29,260 nucleotides of DNA from Verrucomicrobiota bacterium (GTDB taxonomy: Bacteria > Verrucomicrobiota > Verrucomicrobiia > Verrucomicrobiales > DEV007), in contig JASFYY010000075.1 of the NCBI GenBank assembly GCA_045046875.1, positions 1-29,260 of the forward strand, read 5' to 3'. Positions 1-12,104 of the stretch are shown in pieces. Numbering within the stretch: position 1 is the first letter of the stretch; each line of letters starts with the position of its first letter. Under the pieces are notes generated by a model, which saw nothing but the letters and a program-made list of their open reading frames with translations, was not told the DNA's origin and searched no databases. The translations under genes and the position numbers were made by a program.

Positions 1-38
1 ACGACAATCAAATGTCCGGCCGGACATTTGATTGTCGT
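1..38. repeat. Perfect 38-bp palindrome (possible leuB terminator stem or contig-end artefact)
   Basis: acgacaatcaaatgtccgg|ccggacatttgattgtcgt: all 19 pairs are complementary with no spacer. It lies 35 bp past the leuB stop and at the very start of the window. Confidence 0.85.
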
Positions 39-73
39 ATTTGAAGATGGGTGGATCGGAGAGCTTGTGAGGA

Positions 74-2471
<2,398 letters not shown>

Positions 2472-2554
2472 GCTCGGCCTCGATTTTTAATTCGTGCTTT
2501 ATTTGACTGGAAAACTGAGTTAGGAAACTACACAACGATAATCAATTCCCGAAT

Positions 2555-2932
2555 ATGAATATACCCGATCAACTGAAATACGCGGAGAGTCACGAATGGA
2601 CTGAATTGGATGGTGAAGTGGCCAAGATAGGGGTATCGGATCACGCCCAGGCGGAGTTGACTGATGTGGTCTATGTGGAATTGCCCGAAGTGGGGAATCT
2701 GGTGGAAGCAGGGGACCCGGTGGCGGTGGTTGAGTCGGTCAAAGCGGCCAGTGATATTTATGCGCCGGTGGGCGGAGAGATCATCGAAGTGAACGATGCG
2801 GTGCAGGATGATCCGGCTTTGGTCAATACCGATCCTTATGGCGCGGGTTGGTTGTTCAAGATCAAAGCGGAAGACACTTCGCAGCTGGAGGCTTTGATGG
2901 ATGCTGAGGGTTATACTTCGCATATTTCGTGA
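2555..2932 (+). CDS. gcvH: Glycine cleavage system H protein
   Basis: SHEW, lipoyl-lysine motif [26 protein letters not shown]; 125 aa. Confidence 0.97.
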   Translation: MNIPDQLKYAESHEWTELDGEVAKIGVSDHAQAELTDVVYVELPEVGNLVEAGDPVAVVESVKAASDIYAPVGGEIIEVNDAVQDDPALVNTDPYGAGWLFKIKAEDTSQLEALMDAEGYTSHIS

Positions 2933-2954
2933 GTTTAATCTTAGCTTGATTTAA

Positions 2955-5834
2955 ATGATGCCAGGTAGTGACTCCTTGCAGGAAACGTGGGTTTGTGATT
3001 CATTTGCCCGTCGGCATATTGGACCGGACGAGGGTGAGGCGCAGAAAATGGTCGAGGCCATTTCTTATCAGTCACTCGACCAGTTGATCGATGACATTGT
3101 GCCGCAGTCGATTCGGCTCGACCAGTCGTTGGAATTGCCAGATGCGCTGACGGAAATCGCGGCGCTTGAGCGCCTGGATGGCATCATGGGCAATAACCGG
3201 ATTTGTCGTTCCTTGATCGGAACGGGTTATTCGGATTGCATCATTCCTCCGGTGATTCAGCGCAATATTTTGGAAAATCCAGGTTGGTACACGGCTTACA
3301 CTCCTTATCAGGCGGAGATTGCGCAGGGACGGATGGAGGCGCTGATCACTTTTCAGACGATGGTGACGGACTTGACAGCGATGGATGTGGCCAACGCTTC
3401 ACTGCTCGACGAAGGCACCGCAGCGGCGGAGGCGATGGCGATGTGTGCTGGGGCGAGGATGAAAGGCAATCGTTTTCTGGTGGCAAAAAATTGTCACCCG
3501 CAGACGATTGACGTATTGCGGACCCGGGCTGAGCCGCTGGGGATTTCTATTGATCTGGTGGATGAAAAAAATATCGGTGCTCAGTTAGGTGAGGGAAAAG
3601 ACCCGACTTTGCTTGGTTTGTTACTGCAGTATCCAGCGACGGACGGTGAGGTGTTTGATTATGCCGAGGTGGCAGAAAAAGTTCACGCGGTGGGCGGGTT
3701 TGTGGTGGTGGCGACGGATTTGTTGGCTTTGACTTTAATAAAACCACCCGGCGAGTGGGGCGCGGATATTGTGTTGGGGAACTCCCAGCGTTTTGGAGTG
3801 CCGCTTGGCTTTGGTGGGCCGCACGCAGCTTTTATGGCTTGCAGTGATAAGATGAAACGCCGCTTGCCGGGACGTTTGATCGGGGTGTCTAGGGATGCCG
3901 ATGGGCGTCCGGCATTGCGCTTGTCCTTGCAGACCCGGGAGCAACACATTCGGCGGGAGAAAGCGACCAGTAATATCTGTACGGCGCAGGTGTTGTTGGC
4001 GGTATTGGCGGCGATGTATGCGGTTTATCACGGGCCACGAGGCTTGAAGGCGATCGCATTGCGGATTCACCGACGAGCAGCAAAACTGGCGGACATTTTA
4101 ACAGCGGCGGGCATTCGGGTGCAGCACCAGCACTTTTTTGATACACTGAAAGTTTACGCAGATCCGGCCGACAAAGAGGCGCTGTTCGAGCGGGCGCAGA
4201 ATCTGGGGATCAATTTGCGCGACTACGAGGACGACTATGTGGGCGTGGCTTTGGATGAGACCAGTGATGATGAAGTTTTCCAATTGCTGCTGGAGCTTTT
4301 TGGGGTTCGGGATGAGGACGACAAAGGGGAGGTGTTGTGCGCTGCGATTCCGGAGGTATTGCAGCGTCAGTCTGATTATTTGAGTCACTCGGTATTTCAT
4401 CTTTATCATACCGAGACGGAAATGCTGCGTTATTTGCGCCGTTTGGAGGGCAAGGATCTGGCCTTGAACGTGAGTATGATCCCGCTGGGTTCATGCACCA
4501 TGAAGCTGAACGCCACTGCGGAAATGATGCCTTTGAGCTGGAAGTCTGTCGGAGGGCTGCATCCTTTTGCTCCACCGGATCAAAGCAAGGGTTATGTGAA
4601 AATGGCCGATGAACTGGAGGCTTGGCTGGCTGAAATCACAGGTTTTGCCGCGGTTTCGCTACAACCGAACGCGGGTTCGCAAGGGGAGTTCGCCGGCTTG
4701 CTGGCGATTCGTCGTTATCATCAGCAGCGTGGCGATCAGGATCGCACGGTTTGCCTGATCCCTACTTCGGCACATGGAACCAATCCGGCCAGCGCGGTGA
4801 TGGCGGGTTTCAAGGTGGTGCCAGTGCGTTGTGATGACGAAGGCAATATCGATGTTGAAGATATCAAGGCCAAGGCTGCCGAGCATGCCGGGCAACTGGG
4901 AGCTTTGATGATCACCTATCCCTCGACCCACGGTGTGTTCGAGGAGTCGGTGAAGGAAATCTGTGACTGCATTCATGAAAATGGCGGGCAGGTTTATTTG
5001 GATGGAGCCAATATGAATGCGCAGGTGGGTTTGTGTCGCCCGGGAGATATCGGCGGTGATGTTTGCCATTTGAATCTGCACAAAACTTTTAGTATTCCGC
5101 ATGGAGGAGGTGGTCCCGGTGTGGGGCCGATTGGTGTGGCGGAGCATTTGGTTCCCTATTTGCCGGGGCACCGTGAATGGGAGGATGAAGAGGCGGAAGG
5201 AGCGGTGTGTGCGGCCCCTTACGGCAGCGCGAGTATTTTGACAATTTCGTGGATGTATCTGGCGATGATGGGAGCACCTGCGCTCACCCGTGCGACTAAG
5301 ATTGCTATTTTGAATGCTAACTACATTGCCCATCGCCTGAAGGATTTTTATCCGGTTTTGTATCGTGGACGCAATGGATTGGTGGCACATGAATGCATCG
5401 TGGATCTGCGCCCGATGAAGGAGACTTCAGGTATTGATGTGGAGGATGTCGCCAAACGTTTGATGGACTACGGGTATCACGCGCCGACGATGTCCTGGCC
5501 GGTGCCTGGCACCTTGATGATCGAGCCGACGGAGAGTGAATCGCTGGTGGAGTTGGATCGTTTTTGTGACGCAATGATTTCTATTCACGCTGAGATCGAA
5601 CAGGTGATCAGCGGCGAGGCGGATAGCGAGAACAATGTATTGAAAAACGCACCTCATCCGGCAGAGACTTTATTGGCGGACAGCTGGGATCGTCCCTATT
5701 CGAGAGAGGCCGCGGCGTATCCGACCGAGTGGACCCGCAAGGCGAAATTCTGGCCACCGGTGAGCCGGATTGACAATGTGTTTGGAGACCGAAACCTAGT
5801 GTGTTCCTGCGAGGGGATGGAAGCTTATCAGTAG
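2955..5834 (+). CDS. gcvP: Glycine dehydrogenase (decarboxylating), single-chain P protein
   Basis: [37 protein letters not shown]-lysine motif [17 protein letters not shown]; 959 aa. Confidence 0.97.
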   Translation: MMPGSDSLQETWVCDSFARRHIGPDEGEAQKMVEAISYQSLDQLIDDIVPQSIRLDQSLELPDALTEIAALERLDGIMGNNRICRSLIGTGYSDCIIPPVIQRNILENPGWYTAYTPYQAEIAQGRMEALITFQTMVTDLTAMDVANASLLDEGTAAAEAMAMCAGARMKGNRFLVAKNCHPQTIDVLRTRAEPLGISIDLVDEKNIGAQLGEGKDPTLLGLLLQYPATDGEVFDYAEVAEKVHAVGGFVVVATDLLALTLIKPPGEWGADIVLGNSQRFGVPLGFGGPHAAFMACSDKMKRRLPGRLIGVSRDADGRPALRLSLQTREQHIRREKATSNICTAQVLLAVLAAMYAVYHGPRGLKAIALRIHRRAAKLADILTAAGIRVQHQHFFDTLKVYADPADKEALFERAQNLGINLRDYEDDYVGVALDETSDDEVFQLLLELFGVRDEDDKGEVLCAAIPEVLQRQSDYLSHSVFHLYHTETEMLRYLRRLEGKDLALNVSMIPLGSCTMKLNATAEMMPLSWKSVGGLHPFAPPDQSKGYVKMADELEAWLAEITGFAAVSLQPNAGSQGEFAGLLAIRRYHQQRGDQDRTVCLIPTSAHGTNPASAVMAGFKVVPVRCDDEGNIDVEDIKAKAAEHAGQLGALMITYPSTHGVFEESVKEICDCIHENGGQVYLDGANMNAQVGLCRPGDIGGDVCHLNLHKTFSIPHGGGGPGVGPIGVAEHLVPYLPGHREWEDEEAEGAVCAAPYGSASILTISWMYLAMMGAPALTRATKIAILNANYIAHRLKDFYPVLYRGRNGLVAHECIVDLRPMKETSGIDVEDVAKRLMDYGYHAPTMSWPVPGTLMIEPTESESLVELDRFCDAMISIHAEIEQVISGEADSENNVLKNAPHPAETLLADSWDRPYSREAAAYPTEWTRKAKFWPPVSRIDNVFGDRNLVCSCEGMEAYQ

Positions 5835-5840
5835 CGGAAG

Positions 5841-5876
5841 TAGGCTGTAGCTTTTTAGGCGGTAGGCTTTAGGTTT
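5841..5876. repeat. Degenerate heptamer tandem repeat (TAGGCNN x5)
   Basis: taggctg/tagctttt/taggcgg/taggctt/taggttt fills most of the gcvP-Nudix spacer. Confidence 0.55.
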
Positions 5877-5880
5877 TTGA

Positions 5881-6378
5881 ATGATGGAGACGGATTGGGA
5901 GAATTGGCAGCCTAATATGCGGGCGACTTTGGTGTTTGTGCGGCGTGGGGACGAGGTGTTGCTGATTCACAAAAAACGTGGTTTGGGTGCTGGGAAGATC
6001 AATGGGCCCGGGGGTAAGTTGGAAGCGGGAGAGACGCCTCTACAGGCGGCGGTGCGTGAGGTGGAGGAGGAGTTGAAGATCACCGCATTGGATCTCGAAA
6101 AGATGGGAATATTGCGTTTTCAGTTCGTGGATGGGCTAGCGATTCACTGTGTGGTGTTCACGGCAGCGAGGTTCACGGGTGTTCCTACAGAGACGGATGA
6201 AGCCATTCCTGAGTGGTTCAGGGTCGATGAGATTCCGTATGAAAAGATGTGGCAGGATGACCAGTATTGGTTGCCGAGGATGTTGGGGGGAGAAAAATTT
6301 GATGCTCGTTTTGATTTTGATGACGAGACGATGTTGACGAAGCGTGTTGAGTGGGGAGGCGGAGGGAACCACCAATGA
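5881..6378 (+). CDS. Nudix hydrolase, NUDT1/MTH1-like 8-oxo-dGTP diphosphatase
   Basis: Nudix box GGKLEAGETPLQAAVREVEEEL plus MTH1-type KKRGLGAGKINGPGG and IPYEKMWQDDQYWLP. Confidence 0.85.
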   Translation: MMETDWENWQPNMRATLVFVRRGDEVLLIHKKRGLGAGKINGPGGKLEAGETPLQAAVREVEEELKITALDLEKMGILRFQFVDGLAIHCVVFTAARFTGVPTETDEAIPEWFRVDEIPYEKMWQDDQYWLPRMLGGEKFDARFDFDDETMLTKRVEWGGGGNHQ

Positions 6379-6488
6379 ACACCAATAATGAGGAGGTGCC
6401 AGTTTGAGGCATTGAAGCATTGCATTGCCTTGGTCCTCACGTATCACAAGATTAAGTATCTTCTGATGTTGGGAGCATGACGGAATGC

Positions 6489-8552
6489 TTAATCAAAAGG
6501 CCAGGGGATGGTGCGGGGCCAGTAGGTGGGCATGGGGATGGTGAGCTTGTGGCTTTTTCTACTTAGTCGTATCAAAAAAGCAAGCAGGATCAGAATGAAT
6601 AACCATACGATCCATTTGATCCAGACGTAGTCTGGCGGCGATTGGGTGCGGGCTCCGAAGGCTTGTGAAGGTTGGGAATACTTTCCTGCAGTGCCGACCG
6701 TGAGTATGCGGAATTCGTAAAAGCTTGATGGGTCCAGTCCTTTGATGGAGGCGTAAATCATGTCATCGGTGCGGGTAAAGTCGACGTCATGAAAGGGCAC
6801 CCAAACACTTTCGATTCCAAAGTTGCTTTGATTGATGAGCATTTGTCTCATGTCCAATTCGAAAACCACGAGGTCGGGGGAGGGGAGTTTCCAGGCAAAG
6901 ACCAACTCATGGAGGTCAGCTTTATGTAATGCCAAACTTGTAGGTGAGGGGATGTTGTTTGAAAATTCGCGGGTAACGTAATCCCGGGTGTAAAACCCGG
7001 AGGGACTGCGATGATCTTCCCCTGTTTCAGGATCTGGCAGTGGTGGCAAAGAGCTGAGTGCAGGCAGGGGGCGTTTGGCTAATGGAGTGTCGGCTGAAGA
7101 TGGGTCAGAGGATTTTTTTAGTTGAGGGTTGAGGGCGGTCTTTCCGGCCATTGATTCCGGGTCGCTTACTAAGGATGCAAGGCGAATGCTGTAGGCGTTC
7201 ACATCGGTACTGATTTTCAGGATGTCGGCGTAACGACCCGATGGCTGGGAGGGGGCTTTGAATTGGATGGTGAAAATGGCACTGGATTGAGGGTGGATCG
7301 TAAAAGTTCCTGCCTTAGTGGAGCCGGAGTTTTCAGCAATTTGAAAAGGGGGCAATACTGCCAGGGCAATGTTACTGCTGGTGCCGCCCAGGTTTTTGAT
7401 CATAAAAGTCCGGCTGATGGTTTTTTCAGGTTTACAGACTCCGAAATCAATGCGGTCCAGAGCGGGGTTGGGCAGTTCAAGTTTGATTTGTGCCGGGGTG
7501 GCAGCTGCTTTGAGGGGAACGTTCTGACTGTAATGCGGGCTGCTGATTTTCAGGGTTCCTGCGAAGCTTTCTACGTCTTCTTTGGGCAGGGCGATATGGA
7601 TGATTTTGGATTCTCCCGCTGGTAAGACCAATGGACTGTTGGTCAGGGGAGAGCCGCCGATATCCTCCCTAATATGCTGGGTTCTCAGGGGCGGACGCAC
7701 CTTAATGGAGATGCTGGTTTTTGCCTGATTGCGGATTGTGAGTTCGGCGTTGCGGTTTTGCTGGCTGTCATTCCAGGATAATTCCAGTTCTTTTTTTGAC
7801 AGGGTGAAGGGGGCGAGAGCGTTGCCGATGAAGGTGGTGGTGGGTTTATTCTGAAAGCCATAGTTTAGGTTGAAGGAGCCTGTTTTTTTCGGACGGCATT
7901 TGATTTTCAGGATCAGGCTGTCACCGGGTAAGATGTAAACCTTGCCCTCGGCGGGCTCTATTAACTCGAAAGGAGCTGGCAATTCGATCACCTTCTTAAA
8001 GGCGATGTTGCCAGAATTTTTCAGCAGAATTTTGCGAGTTTTTTCATCACCCAGGATAACGGTGCCAAAATCTATCGAAAGAGGGACTTCTAATTCGGCT
8101 TTGGGCTCGGAAAGTTCGATGATAATTTGAACCGGGGCAGAGTAGTAACCACCAGGGTAGCGGGACGAGACGGTGAAGCGGTCGATGCTGCCTTTACTTG
8201 TGCTGGCCGCTTGGTAAATGACGGTGGCTTTGGTTCGGTCTTCAGGTGCGGGGATGGGCGTATCGAGTACACCGAGTGCAGGGAAGTCTCGAACCACGTA
8301 TTCAACGGCAGCGGCTTTGCTGGAAGTGTTGCTGGACAGGGCGATCCGGACCGTTTGGCCTTTGATGACCTTGATGCGCATGGATTGCGGCGCGGGTTTG
8401 CCGATAGCTTTTTTGCGGGCGCTCTCTTTCTGTCCTTTGCAAATAGGAGTGCCTAGGAATGTAAGAGATGTAACAAGCAGGCAATAGGTGGTGAAGCGTC
8501 TGAGTGATCTCAGACGTAAAGATAAGCTGGACGATGGTGAAGCTGCGAACAA
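6489..8552 (-). CDS. Hypothetical membrane-anchored surface protein with Ig-like (ASH/choice-of-anchor D-like) repeats and an FN3 domain
   Basis: N-terminal hydrophobic segment; repeated IDFGxV...(R/K)xxxxKNxG units; Pro-rich linker; FN3-like IKGLDPSSFYEFRILTVGTAGKYSQPS; C-terminal TM helix followed by basic residues. TTG start is uncertain. Confidence 0.7.
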   Translation of the reverse strand: MFAASPSSSLSLRLRSLRRFTTYCLLVTSLTFLGTPICKGQKESARKKAIGKPAPQSMRIKVIKGQTVRIALSSNTSSKAAAVEYVVRDFPALGVLDTPIPAPEDRTKATVIYQAASTSKGSIDRFTVSSRYPGGYYSAPVQIIIELSEPKAELEVPLSIDFGTVILGDEKTRKILLKNSGNIAFKKVIELPAPFELIEPAEGKVYILPGDSLILKIKCRPKKTGSFNLNYGFQNKPTTTFIGNALAPFTLSKKELELSWNDSQQNRNAELTIRNQAKTSISIKVRPPLRTQHIREDIGGSPLTNSPLVLPAGESKIIHIALPKEDVESFAGTLKISSPHYSQNVPLKAAATPAQIKLELPNPALDRIDFGVCKPEKTISRTFMIKNLGGTSSNIALAVLPPFQIAENSGSTKAGTFTIHPQSSAIFTIQFKAPSQPSGRYADILKISTDVNAYSIRLASLVSDPESMAGKTALNPQLKKSSDPSSADTPLAKRPLPALSSLPPLPDPETGEDHRSPSGFYTRDYVTREFSNNIPSPTSLALHKADLHELVFAWKLPSPDLVVFELDMRQMLINQSNFGIESVWVPFHDVDFTRTDDMIYASIKGLDPSSFYEFRILTVGTAGKYSQPSQAFGARTQSPPDYVWIKWIVWLFILILLAFLIRLSRKSHKLTIPMPTYWPRTIPWPFD

Positions 8553-8565
8553 AGGAATGGTGAGG

Positions 8566-9807
8566 CTAGCGGAGTTCGAATCCTTGGAGCCGCAGGCGAA
8601 GGAGATCGAGGGCGGCCCGAGTAGTGCGTATCTTAAAGGAAGAACGGTCGAGAGGAAAATAAAATCGCTTGGAGAAGGTTAGCCCGTTTTTAACAGCAAG
8701 GGCGATGTAGACGGTGCCGACGGGTTTGTCTTCGCTGCCACCGCCGGGGCCGGCGATGCCGGAAACTGCGATGGCGTGATCGGCGCCGCTTTTCTGCAGG
8801 CAGCCTTCTGCCATGGCGCGAACGGTTTCATCGCTGACCGCACCGTGTTGTTCGATGAGTTCAGCGGGGATGTCGAGCATTTCAGATTTGGCCTGATTGG
8901 CGTAAGTGATGTAAGCGCGCTGGAAGATGGCGGACGAACCCGGAACGTCGGTGAGGGTGGATGCGATCAGTCCGCCGGTGCAGGACTCCGCAGATGAAAC
9001 GCTGTGGTTTTTTTTGATTAATAAATCGACCACCACTTGTTCCAGCGGTTTTTCTGATTCGGTGACAATCTCGCGAGTGAATTGATTGCGAATGATGGCA
9101 GCGCCTTGTTCGACCACTTTTTCCTGACCGATCAGGCGCACATCGACTTCGCCGAGACGACAACAGTAACCGATTTCGAGATCGGGCAGGGCGGCAAACT
9201 CGTCATCCAGGGCATGGGCGAGATTGGATTCACCGACGCCAATGATTTTAAAGTTGTGGAATTTTTGGGAGCTGGCTGCGTCGCTACGCAATTTGGCTAA
9301 ACGAGGGGCGACTTCGTCATTGAATAAAGGGATGAGTTCGCGCGGTGGGCCGGGTAGCAGAAAAATGTGAGGCGATTGTTTTTCAATTGCGGGCAAGTAG
9401 ATGCCGGGAGCGGTGCCTTTGGCATTGTGTAGGGCTTTGCCGCCTTCGGGGATCAGCGCCTGGCTGAGATTGGGGGGGGTGAGCTCGAGACCGCGGGAGG
9501 AAAAAATCTCTTCGATATGGCTGAGAACCACAGGATCTGTTTTCAGTTCACGGCCGAGTAGTTCGGCGGTGATGTCACAGGTGATGTCATCGGTGGTGGG
9601 GCCAAGTCCGCCGGTGACGATGATGACGTCGGTGTTCTGCATGGAATCGGCGAGTGCGTGGCGGATTTCCTCACCATCGGGGATGCTGATCTGACGTTGC
9701 ACACGCAGCCCGAGCTTGAACAGGCTATCGCCGATGAAAGCGAGGTGGGTGTTGACCACCTGGCCGAGCAGTAACTCGGTTCCTGTATTGATGACTTCGA
9801 TTTTCAT
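8566..9807 (-). CDS. cinA: CinA family protein (MoCF-like domain + PncC NMN deamidase domain)
   Basis: TGTELLLGQVVNTH, TGGLGPTTDDIT, LLPGPPRE, SAESCTGG, ITYANQAK, SGIAGPGGGSEDKPVGTV. Confidence 0.93.
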   Translation of the reverse strand: MKIEVINTGTELLLGQVVNTHLAFIGDSLFKLGLRVQRQISIPDGEEIRHALADSMQNTDVIIVTGGLGPTTDDITCDITAELLGRELKTDPVVLSHIEEIFSSRGLELTPPNLSQALIPEGGKALHNAKGTAPGIYLPAIEKQSPHIFLLPGPPRELIPLFNDEVAPRLAKLRSDAASSQKFHNFKIIGVGESNLAHALDDEFAALPDLEIGYCCRLGEVDVRLIGQEKVVEQGAAIIRNQFTREIVTESEKPLEQVVVDLLIKKNHSVSSAESCTGGLIASTLTDVPGSSAIFQRAYITYANQAKSEMLDIPAELIEQHGAVSDETVRAMAEGCLQKSGADHAIAVSGIAGPGGGSEDKPVGTVYIALAVKNGLTFSKRFYFPLDRSSFKIRTTRAALDLLRLRLQGFELR

Positions 9808-9952
9808 CTAAAGATGAAGGAAATTTAAGATTTGAAATTATTCTACCTCAACATCGGCCTATCTTGGCTGTTGTGGTTCAAACGAAAGCGGTTGCGAGAA
9901 AATTTATCGGACTAGCCGGATTTTCTTGAGAAACATTAATCGCTCGCTTGAG

Positions 9953-10333
9953 TTATTCCGCTTCAGCAGAAGAAATTTCAGGTGGGATAATGACGGCATC
10001 CGACCACAGATCCTCCAGCGAATAGAGGTCGCGTTTGTCATTGTGAAAAATATGCACAATGACGTCCCGGTAATCGAGCACGATCCAGTGGCTCTCGGGG
10101 TTGCCTTCGGCGGCGTGGCGCTTCAAATTGTGCTCGTTGACCAGGGATTCGGTGATCTCTCGGCGGATGGCTTTCAAATGTGGATGGGAGGTAGCGCTGC
10201 AGATGACAAAATAGTCTGCAATCGTTGAAATACCCCGCAAATCGAGGATGGTAATATCCTCGGCCTGCATTTCGTCTGCACCTTTTGCAATCGCCTGGGC
10301 GAGTGCAAGTCCTTCTAGCTCAATTTCCGCCAT
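9953..10333 (-). CDS. rsfS: Ribosome silencing factor (Iojap/RsfS)
   Basis: AEDITILDL, IADYFVICSA, WIVLDYRDVIVHIF, RDLYSLEDLW. Confidence 0.95.
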   Translation of the reverse strand: MAEIELEGLALAQAIAKGADEMQAEDITILDLRGISTIADYFVICSATSHPHLKAIRREITESLVNEHNLKRHAAEGNPESHWIVLDYRDVIVHIFHNDKRDLYSLEDLWSDAVIIPPEISSAEAE

Positions 10334-10499
10334 GGGGAAGGAATACGTGGAATTTGGGATTTATCAAGGAAGCATTGCTCTGGGAGCCGAGGAAATTCGC
10401 ATTTTTGTCCTGCTGAAATACGGTGTAAGGGCTGCGATAAAAATAAAATACCGCAAACTGCTTGCCTTTTTGATCTCCATCCGCGTTCAAATTCTCTCA

Positions 10500-10544
10500 A
10501 ATAGCTTGCTATTATCGAGAATTTTACCTTGATGGAAATCAAGG
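10500..10544. promoter_or_regulatory. Two adjacent inverted repeats in a divergent promoter region (candidate operators)
   Basis: aatagc-tt-gctatt (10500-10513) and ccttgat-ggaa-atcaagg (10527-10544), between rsfS and the beta-propeller gene. Function is inferred only. Confidence 0.3.
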
Positions 10545-10598
10545 ATTCTGCGCATTTTGGGGTATCTATTAATTGTCGCCCACCTTAAGCTGCCGCCG

Positions 10599-12077
10599 AT
10601 GATGAAAAATGTGAAAACCCCTCTTTGTTTTGGCTTGTTAATGGTTGTTCTATCGCCGTTCGCGGCGCAAGGCCAGGCATTCAAAGACCCCAAAGTTCCG
10701 CAGGTCTTTGAAGTACCTGCGGATATGCCTGTGCCAGAGGCCAGAGCTTTTGACCGCTTGGAGTATCATGCAGCGCCAAAGGCTTTGCCCGAGGGAGCGG
10801 TGACTCAGGATTGGACGCGTTTTTTGGGGCCGAACGATGATGCAACCACGGGGGAGACGAAGTTATTGGCAAAATGGCCGAAGAGTGGGCCGAAGGTGGT
10901 GTGGGAAATGGAGAAGGGCACGGGTTACACTTCGCCGGTGATTGCCGGGGGGCGCTTGGTGTATTTTCATCGCATCGAAGATGAGGAGGTGATCGAATGT
11001 CTGGAGCCAGAAACGGGTAAACGATTTTGGAGTTTTTCTTATCCGGTGGAATATCGGGATCGTTATGGATATAGCAACGGGCCGCGAGCTTCTGCGGTGA
11101 TCAGTGAGGGCAAAGTTTACACGTTGGGGGTGCGTTCGGTGCTGACTTGCTTGGATTTGAAAACAGGAACCAAGCTTTGGCAACGCGATTTGGATGCTGA
11201 GTTTGATATGGCGGATTATTTTTTCGGTCATGGATCTTGCCCTTTAGTTTACGAAGGCAAGGTGATTGTGAGCATGGGGGCTGCCAACGATCTGGCGGTG
11301 GCGGCTTTTGATCAACATACAGGGAAGCTGGTATGGGGCACCCAGCATGAATGGCACGCGAGTTATTCTTCTCCGCTGGTGAAAACTCTGCGAGGCAAGC
11401 CGAGACTGTTGGTCTTGATGGGCGGAGATACTAAGCCGCCAACGGGTGGTTTGCTGTGCATAGATCCAGATAGTGGTAAGTTGTTCGACGCTTTTCCGTG
11501 GCGGGCGGATATGTATACTTCGGTGAACGCTACAACGCCTGTGGTGGTAAAAAATAACCAAGTGTATATTTCCGAGTGTTATGTCAGCGGCGGAGTGATG
11601 ATACAGTTGGATGAAAAGCTGAAGTGGAAAGAAGTGTGGAAGTCGCCAGAGTTTGGTATGCACTGGACGACGCCAGTTCAGCAGGATGGCTACCTTTTTG
11701 CTTATCGTGGTAGGAATGAGCCCGATGCCTGGTTGGCTTGTTATGAAATCGCTTCAGGCAAGGAGATGTGGCAGGAGGATTTGCTGTGGCAGGTTGATAT
11801 GGGTGGGCGTGAATCCAAGATGAAGATGCTACGTGGCAGCATCTTGAAAGCAGATGGGCGGTTTTATTCGTTAGGAGAGCTGGGTTCGTTTGGTATTTTG
11901 GATTTATCGAGCAAAGGGGTGGAGTTGAAAGAGGTGAGTCAGTTGTTCATGGCTCGTTCGACCTGGTCTTTGCCAGTGGTGAGTCAGGGGCTGATGTATA
12001 TCGTCCAACATGAGAAGGACCAGATGAATGGTTCTGGACGCAGGGTGATTTGTTATGATCTGCGGGCAAGCAAATGA
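10599..12077 (+). CDS. Secreted PQQ-binding-like (BamB-like) beta-propeller repeat protein, PVC-type
   Basis: Signal peptide MMKNVKT...AAQG; DWTRFLGPN start motif; repeated (C/A)xDxxTGKxxW blades; C-terminal ICYDL. Confidence 0.85.
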   Translation: MMKNVKTPLCFGLLMVVLSPFAAQGQAFKDPKVPQVFEVPADMPVPEARAFDRLEYHAAPKALPEGAVTQDWTRFLGPNDDATTGETKLLAKWPKSGPKVVWEMEKGTGYTSPVIAGGRLVYFHRIEDEEVIECLEPETGKRFWSFSYPVEYRDRYGYSNGPRASAVISEGKVYTLGVRSVLTCLDLKTGTKLWQRDLDAEFDMADYFFGHGSCPLVYEGKVIVSMGAANDLAVAAFDQHTGKLVWGTQHEWHASYSSPLVKTLRGKPRLLVLMGGDTKPPTGGLLCIDPDSGKLFDAFPWRADMYTSVNATTPVVVKNNQVYISECYVSGGVMIQLDEKLKWKEVWKSPEFGMHWTTPVQQDGYLFAYRGRNEPDAWLACYEIASGKEMWQEDLLWQVDMGGRESKMKMLRGSILKADGRFYSLGELGSFGILDLSSKGVELKEVSQLFMARSTWSLPVVSQGLMYIVQHEKDQMNGSGRRVICYDLRASK

Positions 12078-12104
12078 TTGGTGTGAAGCTGGTAGCAGTG
12101 AAAA

